From the NCBI RefSeq assembly GCF_009914755.1, contig NC_060929.1: DNA of 64,000 nt, one strand, 5' to 3'. Shown here piece by piece: positions 32,562 through 46,279 of this stretch. Under the pieces are notes generated by a model, which saw only the letters and a program-made list of their open reading frames with translations, was not told the DNA's origin and searched no databases. The DNA comes from the human T2T-CHM13v2.0 reference genome, Homo sapiens. The number at the start of each line of letters is the position of its first letter. Position 1 is the stretch's first letter. The translations under genes and the position numbers were made by a program.

Positions 32562-34272
32562 AGCTCCTTATTCATAGCCATATCCTGGGATCAAACACAT
32601 ATGGATATAGTTTTGAGTTGGCAAATTTTGGGCTGAATAGTCAGGTCTCACCATGGGCCCTTTAAGGCTAAACCTAAAGTCACTCTCCTATCTTCATTTC
32701 AGTGTTCCCAACTTGTTAATTCATATTCTCTTTCTCCCTCTCCCTCTCTCTCTCTTTCTAAAGAAATGCAGACATATTCTTGAAATCATCAGAAATTTTT
32801 ATGTGAAGCATTTTTTGAAAAGATATGAGAATTAGGAAAAATGTACTTTCTTAAAACTCAAAAATTTGACTTTTGTTAGAATAAACACAGGTATTATCAC
32901 TGATATTGAATGAGTGCTCATGTTGACCCTTATAAAATGGAGCATGTCATGCTTCTAGTACGTGCAGAGGTTACCTGTAGGGTGTAACATCAAGGATGAG
33001 TGATGGGAAAACTCAGGCTCTGTGGGATATCTCTTTTCTGTGAATCTTGACTGTGCCTAGGAGATCCTATTCCCCGTAAGAAACACACATTGAAGATAGA
33101 ACCTTGTGTTTAAGGAGTGGGTGGGAGAGATCAAAGAGAGGGGCATGAAGTGAAAGTAAGTGAACTCTAAAGCGAAATCATATTTTGCTTAGGGCAAAGA
33201 TGGCATCGGTTGCTTTAGTCATGAAGCAATCTGGATTAATTATTCAAACTTGAGAAGAAAAACTGCATTGTTTTGTATTAACCATGAGCCATTTGAGTTT
33301 TGTTTGTTTGGTATTTGGCTACACACAGATTTAGCCTAAGACAAAACCTGGAGTAAATAAAAAAGGCGCATAAAACATGTATACTACCCTGTTTATCCTG
33401 TTGAGCTCTTAGTGGTTTCAGAGGACATATGTGCAATAAGTCAGACTCTCCCTGGAAGAGCTAATATCGTATCCATGCTGTGAGTTCAGAGTACAGCAAT
33501 TTGTTATTGATGCCCAAACATTAAAAATGTGCAGCCAGCCTCCTAATGTTCTGCTAAAATCATTTCCTTTTCTCTTCTTATTCGCATTTTTTTGTTTAAG
33601 AGAATAAAAGTATTTCCATTTTTACATAAAAATAGGAACAAAGAGCACATGTTAAATATACTGGTGAGTTTGAAAAACTGGGATGCATATTTAAAAAGAC
33701 AGTATCATATCTTTGGTAATAAATAATGACAACTATTTTTGTATCCCACTTTCCCTACAGTTTTAGCACGTGAGTACCTGTTCCAGCATATTAAAAAGTG
33801 GAAATTCTAGATTTTCCTAAGCATCAACAATATAAAATGACTTGTGAAGATATCAGAGAAGTGTCAGAAGAGATGCAGGGAGAAAGAAAGTGCAAGGAAA
33901 CATGAAGTCTCTTTCTTGGAGGATTTTCCAGGGAAGGCTTTCTGTGGAGACTGATTCAGCTAGTTTAGCCTTTTTGTTAGGGTCCCTGTCTTTTTCTCTC
34001 ACCTCCATATGCAACTCATAAGCAAACACTGTAGGTTCTACTTTTAGAGTGGATCTCAAACTTGACAGCATCTCACTGTTTTCTTAGCTCCATCACATAT
34101 CAAAGAACAATCGGAGTAGCCTCTGTGGGTCTTCCTATTTCCACAGTGGCCCTCTGCATCTATCTCTTCCACATATAACCACCAAGTCCTGAGTTGAAGA
34201 TCAGATCATGTCAGTTCCCTGATTGAAGCTTCCCAATATCTCCTAATCACTGGGTTGTTGTTGGTGTGGGAC

Positions 34273-34594
34273 TTTTTTTGTGTTTATTTGTTTTGTTTTT
34301 GTTTTTGACCATATTTTGAGACATGGTGTTGCTCTGTTACCTAGGCTGGAGTACAGTGATGCCATCATGGCTCACTACAGCCTCAACCTCTCAGGCTCAA
34401 ATGATCCTTCAACCTCAGCTCTTCAAGTAGCTGGGACTACAGGGGTGTGCCATCATACCTGGCTAATTTTTTTTATGTGGAAATAGGATTTCATTATGTT
34501 GCCCAGGCTAGTCTCAAACTCCTGGACTCAAGTGATCCTCCTGCCTTGACTCCTGAAATGCTGGGATTACAGGCTTGTGCCACCATTCTTGGCC
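34273..34594 (-). mobile_element. AluJ
   Basis: Diverged dimeric antisense Alu with J-type features. Confidence 0.92.
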
Positions 34595-34644
34595 TCCCAA
34601 TGACACTTAGGTAAAAGTCAACTTCCTATGGGCCATGTGACCTT

Positions 34645-35233
34645 TGCTGGGTAGACATCTAAGATGTACTCCAATGATCCCTGGCTCCTCTTACTCATGT
34701 TCCTGTGTATGTCCCTCCTGCAGTGTGTGGGTTAGACCTCCTCATGTGCTCTAACAAGTAGAATAAGGAAGAAATGATGGCACTTCACTTCTATGATTAG
34801 GATACAAAAGACCACAACTTCCCTCTTGCTAGAGGCCTCTGAACTTCTCTGTTTGCTCACTTTGATGAAGTAAGCTGCCATCTTGGAGAGGCCCACAAGA
34901 CAAGAAACCGAGGGTTGCTTCTGGCCGGCAAAGAACTGAAATCCTCAGTCTAACAGCCCCCAAGAATTTGAATCTTGGTAACAAAACTTGAAAGTGGATC
35001 CTCTGGATCCACTGAGTTGAGTCTTCGGATGATCACGACCCTGGCCATTACCTTGATTGCAGGGATAGAAGGAGGAGGTGAGGGCAAAAAACAGAACAGA
35101 GGAGGTAGCAGATTCAGTAAGCAGGATCCAGCCCAACTGCACCAGATTTCTGAGCTATGGCAACTGTGAGATACTTAATGCTGTTTCAAGCCACGTGCGG
35201 GGAGTTCGTTATGCAGCAATAGATAACTAATCT
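34645..35233 (+). mobile_element. MLT1F/E-type MaLR LTR
   Basis: ctaagatg...ccaatgatccc...gttatgcagcaatagataactaat. Confidence 0.8.
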
Positions 35234-36015
35234 ATGGTCTTATAGGAACTGGCCCTTGGCTATTTCTCAAACCTCACCTCCCTTCACTTCCCACTTTCTA
35301 CTTTTCTCCAGCATCTCTGCTCTTATTTCTCCTTCTTGGACATACCAAGCTCATTCCGACTCCATGGACTTTTGCTTGCTGTTTGGAATATGCTTGGGAT
35401 GCTCTTACCTGAGACCTTTGCATGGCTGATTCTTTCACATACCCAGGCCTTCTTTCAATTCTCACTTTTGCAGAGAATCTTTCTTTGGCCTCCCTCCATG
35501 GAGAAGCTACAACTACTGCTTCCAACTACTTCTTTTTTGCACTCATCCTTTTCTCTGTCGCATCCTGAATTATTTTCCTTCCTACCCTTATGCCTTTCTT
35601 GTTTGTATTTTATTGCTTGTTCCTGTATTCAGTTTGATGCTCCATGAGGGTTGGGGTTTGGTCTGTTCTCAGTTTCTAGAATACGTAGGCACTAACTACA
35701 TATTGATTGAATGAATGGGTACATTTTACCTCAATAGGCTGACACTTCCTCATTTGCAAGATAATGGTGTTGGAACAAATGTCATTAAATTTGCCTCTAT
35801 AGCTAAACTTACTGTGCTATGATTAATATGGCAAAGAGATTGAAGACAGGAAATCAACACTAGAACAGAATAAAAATCAAGTAAGGGGACTTCTGGAATG
35901 GAAAACATGGAGTGTATGAGACACTCTGGATGGAGAGGAGCTGGGATTTCTCTCATTTGATAAGAGTTGTCTGGTCTAGGGTTGTCACATAGAACTCTGT
36001 GTTGATGGGAATGTT

Positions 36016-36440
<425 letters not shown>

Positions 36441-37329
36441 GGGCCATTTTAGATTCTAAAGTTTGTAATTGCTTGTTGGCACTATGATTGTACTTTCACA
36501 GTCTTATCCTCCACGAAAGGTCAGGGCATGTTAGGCTGGCACAGCCATGCAGGTAGTTTTACTTCAGAGACAGAGACAGCTGATGGACAGGAGAGGGGAC
36601 ATTCTCTATGTACTCACCATAGATTTATGACTAAAATGCAAATTAGAAAAAAAGATTTTTGCATAGAACCAAAAATATGCTATGGAATACACTGCTCAGT
36701 ACTAATTAAGTGCCTTGCTGTAATAATGACAGTTTTCTATGTCTTTGATTTTTTTTTCCTCTTCCCCCTCATTTTTTTCCTGCTTTTCATTTCCATCTAG
36801 GTGGTTTTGAAAGTAAACAGAAAAGACAAAAATAAACAAAATGTCAGTGCTCAGTAATTTTGCCACTTTTAGTATAAGTGTTGATTACCACCTAAAGATA
36901 CCTCTGTTCATGATTATGAATGTAAAATAAGCCAATTGGTTGCCATTTTCTTTGGGTCTATGATGTCTCTCTCGTCATCTGGAATTTAAGCATCTGAGCT
37001 TCCAAATTTCTTCCCCACTCTCTTAATTATTATCCCTTTTGCTTCCATAGACAGATTCTGAACTATCTTTTAACATAGGCAAATGCAATGTAATATCAGC
37101 TGTCTCAGCTGCTCTTTATAATGAAGGTAATTCCCCTCAGCCTAGGCCCTTGGCTGTAATACCTGGTATTGGAAAGAACCAAAATGCCTCTTTTTTTCCC
37201 TCTCTTTTTTTCATGTTAAATGACATGTTTATTTTCCTGGATAATAAAAATAATGACTCAAGAAAGTCCTACAAATATTTCAGCTTTTCCTTAACACACG
37301 AATGTCTTGGCATCTGTGAAAGGTTATGT

Positions 37330-37960
37330 GTTGCATAGGATTTGAGATAAGACCCAGGTTAAATTAGTGCTGTGCTAGGTATTTATATGTGACCCTGAGA
37401 AAGTTGCTAAACATCTCTATTTTGCTTCCATTCTCTCACAGGCAAAACAAGAATGATAATAGGCATGTCTCAAGGTCGCTGTGTGGACCAGCTAAAGCCC
37501 TATGTAAGAAAGCACTTCACATACAGAAGAGGGTAATATGAGATTCAATTTTTTTTTTAAATGGAAGTTCATTCTAGTTTTGGGACATGGCTTTGGACTC
37601 TGCCTTGGGATGTTAATCAGCCCTTTCTCCATTAACAAATTAACCCCATTAACCCCATCCATTAACCCCACCTTAGCAAATGGGTTCACCTCAGATGTCA
37701 CTTCTCAGAGAGGATCTCCTTGACCACTCTCTGTCTATATAAAATTATCTTACTTTAAGTATAGCTCTTGTTAGTGTCTGGTGAAATGATCAGATCTATT
37801 AGTTTCCATGTATACTAGCTGCCCATTTCCCCGCACCTATGAGAATGTGAATTTTGTAAGGATAGGTACACTCACTACCTTCTTTACTTCTATATCCCCA
37901 GTGCTGAGAACGTTGCCTGAGCATAGTAAATGCTCCATAAATGATTGTTGACTGATGAAC
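37330..37960. mobile_element. MIR fragment followed by an L2 3' fragment
   Basis: tgtgaccctgagaaagttgctaaacatctct (MIR core-like); cccagtgctgagaacgttgcctgagcatagtaaatgctccataaat (L2 3' end). Confidence 0.6.
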
Positions 37961-38442
37961 CCCCCAGGGACACTCAAACCAGTCAGAACCCAGCTGCATT
38001 TTTCCATAACAGGTCATAATTACTGAATTTATGAGCCTTCCTACTTACCAATTACAGCAGCGTGGCTGCTATGGAAGCCATATTTCCTTCTAGAGCCATT
38101 AGGAGTGGCTGTGGGAAATACAGATAGTTTGTCACCCTGAATCCAGGTTAAATATTTTGACAAAGAGTTCTGCAGCTCACCACAAGGTTGCAGTCCTCAG
38201 GGTTTGTTAAGATAGATCTAGATGCATTTTTATTTCCAAAGAAGAAATTTAGATTTTTATTAGTGTCTATATGCTACATTTTTATAACACACCCCTCAGT
38301 GGTGTTATTTAGCTGCACAGTGTGTAAAATTCATAAAGTAATTTTGAATTGCATTTAACTAATACCTACATATTTTTATTACGTGATCTTTGCTGGCATG
38401 AGTTGAAATACTGGCTCATAAGCAAAATGTTCTGAAAGTTTT

Positions 38443-38540
38443 CTTTTGCCCTTTGCTAGTGCCCCAGCCAGGAGACTCTTTGCTTAGATGGGCAACTCAG
38501 CAAAGAGTCTCCCAGCTGGGGCACTAGCAAACAGCAAAAG
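38443..38540. repeat. Long inverted repeat: two 45-bp arms, 8-nt loop
   Basis: 38443-38487 versus the reverse complement of 38496-38540: 40/45 identity. Confidence 0.95.
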
Positions 38541-39839
38541 CAACTCAGGGATCCCATGTCCCTAATGTGTCACTTTGGTAGACAGTGTCTACAATTTGCT
38601 GCTTAAAATATTAAGTGCATTAATAAAAAGATATTCAAATAACACAGTGACTTGATAGCAGAAGAATTACTAGAGTGGTTCCCCTATTTGGGGCCAGGCT
38701 GCTGAGATCATGACATTAACTGATGAATTCAAAGAGTTTCCTTGTGGCAGAAATATTTATTATTCTTAGAAGACCTTGAAGCTGTCCAAATTCCTCCAAG
38801 TCACATGTCACATTAATTTTAGAGAAAACAATTCCCAAGGATTTCCTTATACTCTAAAAATTTGAAGGAAGAAGTCATAAACCTTCCTATACATAAATTA
38901 GCTGAGCATGTTAATTACATTGATTTGGAAGTTCATTTTTGGGGGCCCTCTGATGGTTAATTCATGAACCACCAGGTTAAATAAGAATCAGAAATGATTT
39001 TTCTGCCACACATCTGCAAGTGACCATGGCATCCTGCAGCAGGCACATCTATTTTTAATTATTTGTTTTTAAGAAAGAATTAAAATAGAGGAGTGGTATT
39101 TTAATGTTTTTTTATGACCTGTTTATAACAATTTCTATAAAAATTGAACTTAAATTGTCTTGGTGAATGATGTCACCAGCTAATAAAAAAATCTTAGATG
39201 TATGATGAAGACAGTCCCGAATGCAGAGTTCAACTAACTGGTTATGAATCAAAAATTTACCAATTATATATCATTAGATAAGTCATACTTTAAGTTTCAG
39301 CTTCTTTTTTTTTGTATATAGAAGGAAGGGAGGTGAGGAGTGACACATAGTTTTTAATGTAGAGGATCTTATTTACTGTGTAGTGAGAAACTAACAGTGT
39401 GAGAAAGGCAAGTACATGTCAGACAAAGGCCTTGTGGCCATGCCTCCTCATGCTTAGTAGCACATCAAGCTGATGGACGCTTCCTTTTGTATAGGTTGTC
39501 TTCAGATATTTGGGAGACTTGATTTATAAACTTGTAGGTGGTCTGCATAGCAAAGTCTGCTTGATAGGAAAAATGTTATATTCTTGAGATAAGCCAAAGG
39601 AGGAACACTGGCTTTATTACCAATGAGCCCACTGCCACCCTTCCAGCCTTGCTTGCAATTCTCAGTTCAGAAATATTATAATTTGGAGGCTGGGGACTTT
39701 AATTACAGAAAATCCAATGGATGTATACATGTTGCCTGAAAAAGAAGGTAAATTCAAGATGCCCGTTATTAATTTAGCCCTCATCTCCTATCACATGGAC
39801 AGTGCTTGATCCATATTAATTGCTAGAGAACTCTATAAT

Positions 39840-40260
39840 TTGTGGTACACTGGGAGGGATTTATTTCACCACACACCAGGATGGGACCTAATTTTTGATT
39901 TAATCAAATAGTTCCTCTCCTTTGCCATAAAGATTGCTTTAGAAAACCCAGGCTAAGCCAATCAGTATAAGGCACTCTCTTAGCCCAGGGATTGCTTTAG
40001 AAACAGGCATAGAACCAAATTTGGCCCAATAAAATACAACAGAAGGTTTCTTTGTAGATTTTGGGAAATAAGTGTTCTCAATTCTAAAACCATTGAGAGA
40101 GAAGTTCTATTTATTTCTCTTAAGATTGATGCATTTGGGAGACCCAGAAATGTGGATTCCATCTTTCTATGAGCCCAAGGATGAAGGAGAACAAAAGATC
40201 AATAGCAGAAAAACGCAGCTGGACCACAGATGGTGCAGCCTGACCTCTGCTCTGCCTCTC
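39840..40260 (+). mobile_element. Old MLT1-type LTR fragment
   Basis: ccaggctaagccaatcag...agaaccaaatttggcccaat... resembles MLT1J/K-type text. Confidence 0.45.
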
Positions 40261-41437
40261 CCTTTGTCTTTAATTTTCAGAATTAAAATGATTTATCTTG
40301 GTGTGGATTTCTTTGGGTTTCTCCTATTTGTGGTTCCCTCAGCTTCTTGAATCTATATATTTATGTCTTTTGCCAAACTGGAAAGGTTTCAGCCACTATA
40401 ACTTTGAATAACTTTGAGTTATTTTTTTTCAAGGACTCAGATAATATAAATTTAGATCTATTTGGAAAATAGATTAGATTTTCTCCTTTTCAGATTTACT
40501 CATTGTAGCAAATAGCAAATTGCTTTATCTCTCAGTTCATTATCTCTTTCCTCTGTCCCCTTTATTCTGCCATGGAGCCCATCCACTGAGATTTTTATTT
40601 CAGCTACAGTATTATATATTTTTGTTCTAAGATTCCCGTTTGGTTCTTCTTCTTTACATATTTTATATTTGTTTAGACTATTTTTCATTTGTTGTAAATA
40701 TGTTTGTAAATTGCTCTCTCAGCTAGTTGCATCGTGGCTGTCACATTGCTGCTGGGGCTCTTTGTCACTGCTGGATGATGGTTGGATTCTAGTTCCCCAG
40801 CAGCTCTCCACTGATACCTCTTTGGCTGGGAGGGGTAGAAGTAACTCATGCTCACATAACCTCCACTGATACCACAGAGTGGGGAGGTGGCTTCATTACC
40901 ACTGGTAGTGCTGAAAGCCCAGACCCTCCACTGGGCCTCCTCGCACATCACCCTGGTAGGGATGGGGAGTGGCAGCTTGCTATTGCCAGCTGTGTGTGGA
41001 AGGCCAGTCTTCCCAGATGCCTGACTGAACCTGAGGTCGGTGGGTGCCTCGCTGCAGCCTGGAGAAGGCGGAAGTCAGTGTCCCATGTGGTCATTGTTGC
41101 GGTGGGTGGGAGTGGGGCCACAGACCTTTATCCTATGGTGTGTGGCTGGCGTAGAGTGCTTCCTGTCTGAAAGTTCCTGTCTTGATGGGCTGCCCCATCT
41201 TGGTCTTTGGCTGGAGGGATTGGGCTTCTGTTGGGGCTTTTTGGGTTTGAATTCATGGGATTTTCAGGTGTCAGCTTTGCTTTCCTCAGCTCAAGGCTGG
41301 GATCTATGAGGCAAAATAGAAATTCAGGGAACTCCCCTCTAAGGAGGTACCTCACATCCCAAGGTCTCTGGCCCATTTGCCTTCTCCACATTTCAACATT
41401 TTCTATGTTTGTTTGATGGATAATGCCCATGTATTTT

Positions 41438-41877
41438 ATTTCTAAAAATTTTTTCATTTCCATGGTTTTATTTTTTGGGTAAACAGCTGGTATTTGTTGA
41501 TATAAGTAAGTTCTTTAGTGGTGATTTGTGAGATTTTGGTACACCCATCACCAGAGCAGTATACCCTGAACCTGATTTGCAGTCTTTTATCCCTCACCCG
41601 CTTCCCACTCTTTTCCCCTGAGTCCCCAAAGTCCATTGTATCATTCTTATGCCTTCGCATCCTCATAGCTTAGCTCCCACTTATAAGTGAGAACATATGA
41701 TGTTTGGTTTTCCATTCCTGAGTTACTTTGCTTAGAATAATAGTCTCCAATACCATTCAGGTTGCTGTGAATGCCATTAATTCATTCCTTCTTATGGCTG
41801 AGTAGTATTCCATCTCTATATCTCTATCTATCATCTATCATCTATCTATCTATCATCTATCTATTTATCTATCTATC

Positions 41878-41920
<43 letters not shown>

Positions 41921-42008
41921 ATCTCTCTATCTACCACAGTTTCTTTATCCACTCATTGATTGATGGGCATTTGAGCTGGTTCCACATTTTTGCACTTGCA
42001 AATTGTGC
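41438..42008 (-). mobile_element. 5'-truncated L1PB1-like element
   Basis: taagttctttagtggtgattt...cctcatagcttagctcccac 3'UTR; TSD TAATGCCCA(T/G)GTATTTT at 41421 and 42009. Confidence 0.88.
41811..41933. repeat. Compound (TCTA/TCA)n STR inside the L1PB1
   Basis: Interrupted TCTA array. Confidence 0.95.
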
Positions 42009-42714
42009 TAATGCCCAGGTATTTTTGTTCTACTTAGTGGAGGAAGAAAGAAAAGTATGTTTATTCTGTCTTCATAGAAGTAAACCTCTCCATGATTTCA
42101 TTTTTACTTTTCTTCAACAAATAAATTTTTGAAGCATCTAGAATTAAAATAAATTCTATCAAAATAGGTAAGATTTTGATAGAGTGGGATGGGGATCACA
42201 CATGACTTTTTCCCACCCATGTCATTTATTGTAACAGCATTTATTGAACAACCTATTTTTTCCTCCAAGACTTAAAGTGCCACCTTTAGCATAATGGATT
42301 CATATATTTATGTGGATATATTTTTAAATTCTCTACTCTGTACCTTGATCTGTTTATTTGACCTCTGCTACTGAAAGGTTTTGATGACTATTTACTACAT
42401 GGCAGGTCTGGTTTCTCCTTATTACTCTTTATTGTAAATTTCCTGAGTATTCTTGCCTTTTGTTTTCTAATATAAAGTTTAGAATGAGCTTGCCAACTTA
42501 AATAAACTCTTGCATTGTGCTTGGAATATTAAATATATCAATAAAATTTGGAATAATTGAGCCATTTAAAACATTTAGTGGTTCTGTATGAGTGCTCAGT
42601 ATTTATCTTTACTTTTTGATGTCTTTATGTATCTCAGTAGAGTTTTAATATTTTTTTATAGAACTCTTCAATGAGCCTTATTAGATTTATTTTTTTCTTC
42701 TGTGTATGTGTGGG

Positions 42715-43023
42715 TTTTTGTTTTGTTTTATTTGAAACAGGTTCTCACTCTTGTCATCCAGGCCAGAGTGCAGTGACACCATCACTGGTCACTGTAGCCT
42801 CAACCTCCTGGGCTCAGACCATCCTTGCATGTCAGCCTCCTGAGTAGCTAGGACTCCAGGCACCTACCACCATGTCTGGCTAAATTTTTTAATTTTGTTT
42901 TTTGTAGAGACAGGGCTCCACAATGTTGCCCAGGCTGGTCTTGAACTCCTGGGCTCAAGCAATCCTCCCACCTCAGCCTCCCAAAGTGTTGGGATTACAG
43001 GTGTGAGCCAGTGTGCCTGGCCT
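42715..43023 (-). mobile_element. AluJ
   Basis: Antisense Alu with ctcctgggctcaagcaatcctcccacc. Confidence 0.92.
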
Positions 43024-43654
43024 GGTTTATTAAGTTTTAGGTATTTTATTCTTTTTTAAAATGCCCCTATTGTAAATGAGGTTTTAAAACTTATTTTTCT
43101 GATGATTGTTGTCTTATACAGGAAATACATTGATTTTATTGGTAATTTTGTAATAAGCCAACTGGGTCTTTTTAGTTCTTCTAACAGTTTGTTAGTTCAT
43201 GCTATTCAATTATAATATTGGCAAACAATAAAATTTTGCCTTTTTCTTTTTAATTTTTACAACTTTTATTTCTGTATTCTGTAGTTAGCATTTTCAGAAA
43301 TAATATTAGTCAATATTATGGATAATGGTAAAATTTTATCTTATTCCTGACTCTAATAAAATAAGATGCTACTAGTATTTAACAATTAATCATGATGCTG
43401 CAATTTGACTCAAGATACATAAATTTCAGAAACAGTCATCTACTTATAATTTATTGGGAGTTTCAAAACGTCAGGGGTAATTGTTGCACAATATTATGTT
43501 GAATATTATAAAATGTTCCTTTAGAAACTAGGACATAATCTTATGATATGTTGCCTCCTTTGCTTCATAGATATTATGTTTAGTATTAATGTCGAACCAT
43601 TCTTGCATTCTTAAAATGAATCTCATTTGTCATCAAGGAGTATTTCTTCTTAAT

Positions 43655-43806
43655 ATTATTACTATTATTATTATTATTATTACTACTACTAAGGGACAAG
43701 GTCTTGCTATGTTGCCCAGGATAGTCTCAAACACCTGGACTCAAGTAATTCTCTTCTCTCAGCCTCCCGTGTAGCTGGGACCACAGGTACCCACCACCAT
43801 GCCTGA
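43655..43806 (-). mobile_element. Alu monomer (FLAM/AluJ fragment) with (TAA)/(TAG) tail
   Basis: gacaaggtcttgctatgttgcccagg...ccaccatgcctga. Confidence 0.8.
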
Positions 43807-45687
43807 TAGCTTTTTATTATTCTTAGTATATACTCTCAATTCTATTTGTTAAAATTTTATTAAGAACTTTCCCTTGATACTTACAAGTGAGATTGACCCA
43901 TAAGGTTGTCTTGGCTTTTGTGTATTATATTTTCATTGGTAATAGCTTTACAAAAATACTTAGGAACTTTTTCTTTTTTCTTTGTAGTGTAGAACAGTTT
44001 AAATAGTATTGGAAATGCCTGTTCCTTAATGACTTGTTAAAATTTTTCTGTAAATTCTTTGGGTCAGATACCATCATGGGAGGGCATATATCTTGGAAAA
44101 TTTGTCAACCATTTAAAAAAAGATGTCAATTGGTGTGTTTTACATTAAAAAATCTTGTTGGAGTTTAGGTAATGTAAACTTTTCTTCAGAAAATCTTCCA
44201 TTTCATTCAAGTTTTTAAATTTATTTGCATAGGGTTGAACAATAAATTCAACATTCAAAAATTTTGTCTGTATCTTATTTTTACCTTATTATTCTAAATT
44301 TTGGTATTTATGTTCTTTCTTTTTTCTTTATTAGAGTACTTTAGTAGTTTATGTGTTTTATATTTTATAAGAACCAGCTCTTGAATTTAATAATTAGTTT
44401 CACTTTTCATTTTCCTTGTTTCATAATTCATTTATTTCTGACTAAAATGTAGTTTACTTTCATCTCTTTTAAATTTTATTTTGATGTCTTTTGTAATTGT
44501 TTGAGTTAAATATTTAATTTATTTTCATTGTTCTTGGGTTAATAATAAAAATAATTAAAGCTATAGATTTTCTTCTGAACAGTGCTTTAACTGTGTCTCT
44601 TAAGTTCTGAAATCTGTTGTTTTTCATTATCTCTTAAAAGTATGCCACGGCTTTGGATTTGAATTCTTCTTTGAGCTAAGTGTTATTTATAGTGAATTTA
44701 AACATTTCTAATTGGTAGCGGTATTTCATTTTTCTTTTTTTTTTGACATTTCTAGCTATATCACATTTTGGTGAGAGAATGTTTTCTGTTTGATACCTAT
44801 ATTCTAGAATTAATTAAGATCCAGTACATAGAATTTTTGGAAATTTTCTATGGGAAATTAAAATGTTTATGTTTTGAGTATAAAATTACTGACAACAAAG
44901 AGAATGCAGGCTGGACAAAGAGAATAAAGGGTGGAGAATGAGGGTGCTGCATGGATGGAATTGGAACACCCCTGTGTGTCATCAGAGAGGATGGTTATTG
45001 GTGATGAAGTGAGGGGCTCTGAGAGGCATTCTCTCTATTCTCCCCAGCCCTGTGCCCATCCTGCACACCTCTCCCTCAAGTTGATAGTTCCATCATCTGT
45101 TCTTCCTTAGCCCACTCACATTCACTTCCCTTCAACTCACCCTGGGGCCAAGGAATCGCTGAGTGTCAACTTTGGGCATAATAAGCTATATTATTTACTG
45201 AATATTAATTAGTGCCATTCGCTACATCTAAAATGTTTTCTTAATCACTTTTTACAAATTAGTTAAATATCTCCTGTCAAAGTAGCCCTGATAATCTAGC
45301 TAGAGATGCTCTGTCCTGTAGTTCTTGGCACCACTGTTGTCTTCATGCCGGGTAATGCTTTGTTTGGGTTTTCTTGTACCCACCAGTCAGGTTTTTTTTT
45401 ATTGCAGGGCTTAAATAAATGTTTATTACAATATAGCCTCATTTGTGATAATGACTAAATTCTTGGTGATTGAGCAAAGGATTAAAACAATGTAAATCAT
45501 TTTTTTGAGTTTTGCTTTTCCTTACTTGACTGTAAACATACCTTTATCTGAGCCCTTCCTTTCCTTCTTTGGTCTGGCTCCGCAGAGGGAAACTTTCCTC
45601 CTCTGAAGCTCAGTGTTGGCCTTTGCTACACACTTCCACCTTTGTGTCCCCTTTTCTACAATGTTCAGGCTTTTTATTTTTTACTAG

Positions 45688-46028
<341 letters not shown>

Positions 46029-46279
46029 TCAGCACCTTGCCTTCTCAACATTCTCTAATCTTGGAAAAAAAAATCAGAGAAAGAAACACAAACAGACCTT
46101 CCCCTCCAGCCCGTTTAATGGATTAGAGGGGGATGGGAACCCCTTAGAGTAACCCTGATCCCAAATGAGGAAATGTGAACTAAGATCGCATCATTGTTTG
46201 GGGAAAAGGGAATGGTTGCAAGACATTAAGCAGTTTCCCATCTAGCTGACAAATCATCTATGATTCTGCTCTCTTACTG

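Larger units (their letters stand above)
33985..35715 (+). mobile_element. L2 fragments interrupted by an AluJ and an MLT1F-type LTR
   Basis: Pyrimidine-rich L2 text (tcagatcatgtcagttccctga); 3' end tattgattgaatgaatg at about 35715. Confidence 0.65.
40260..44880 (-). mobile_element. Ancient L1M fragments with nested younger elements
   Basis: T-rich antisense L1 text (ggtgtggatttctttggg, aaccattcttgcattc, aagaaccagctcttg, gtgagagaatg). Confidence 0.7.
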
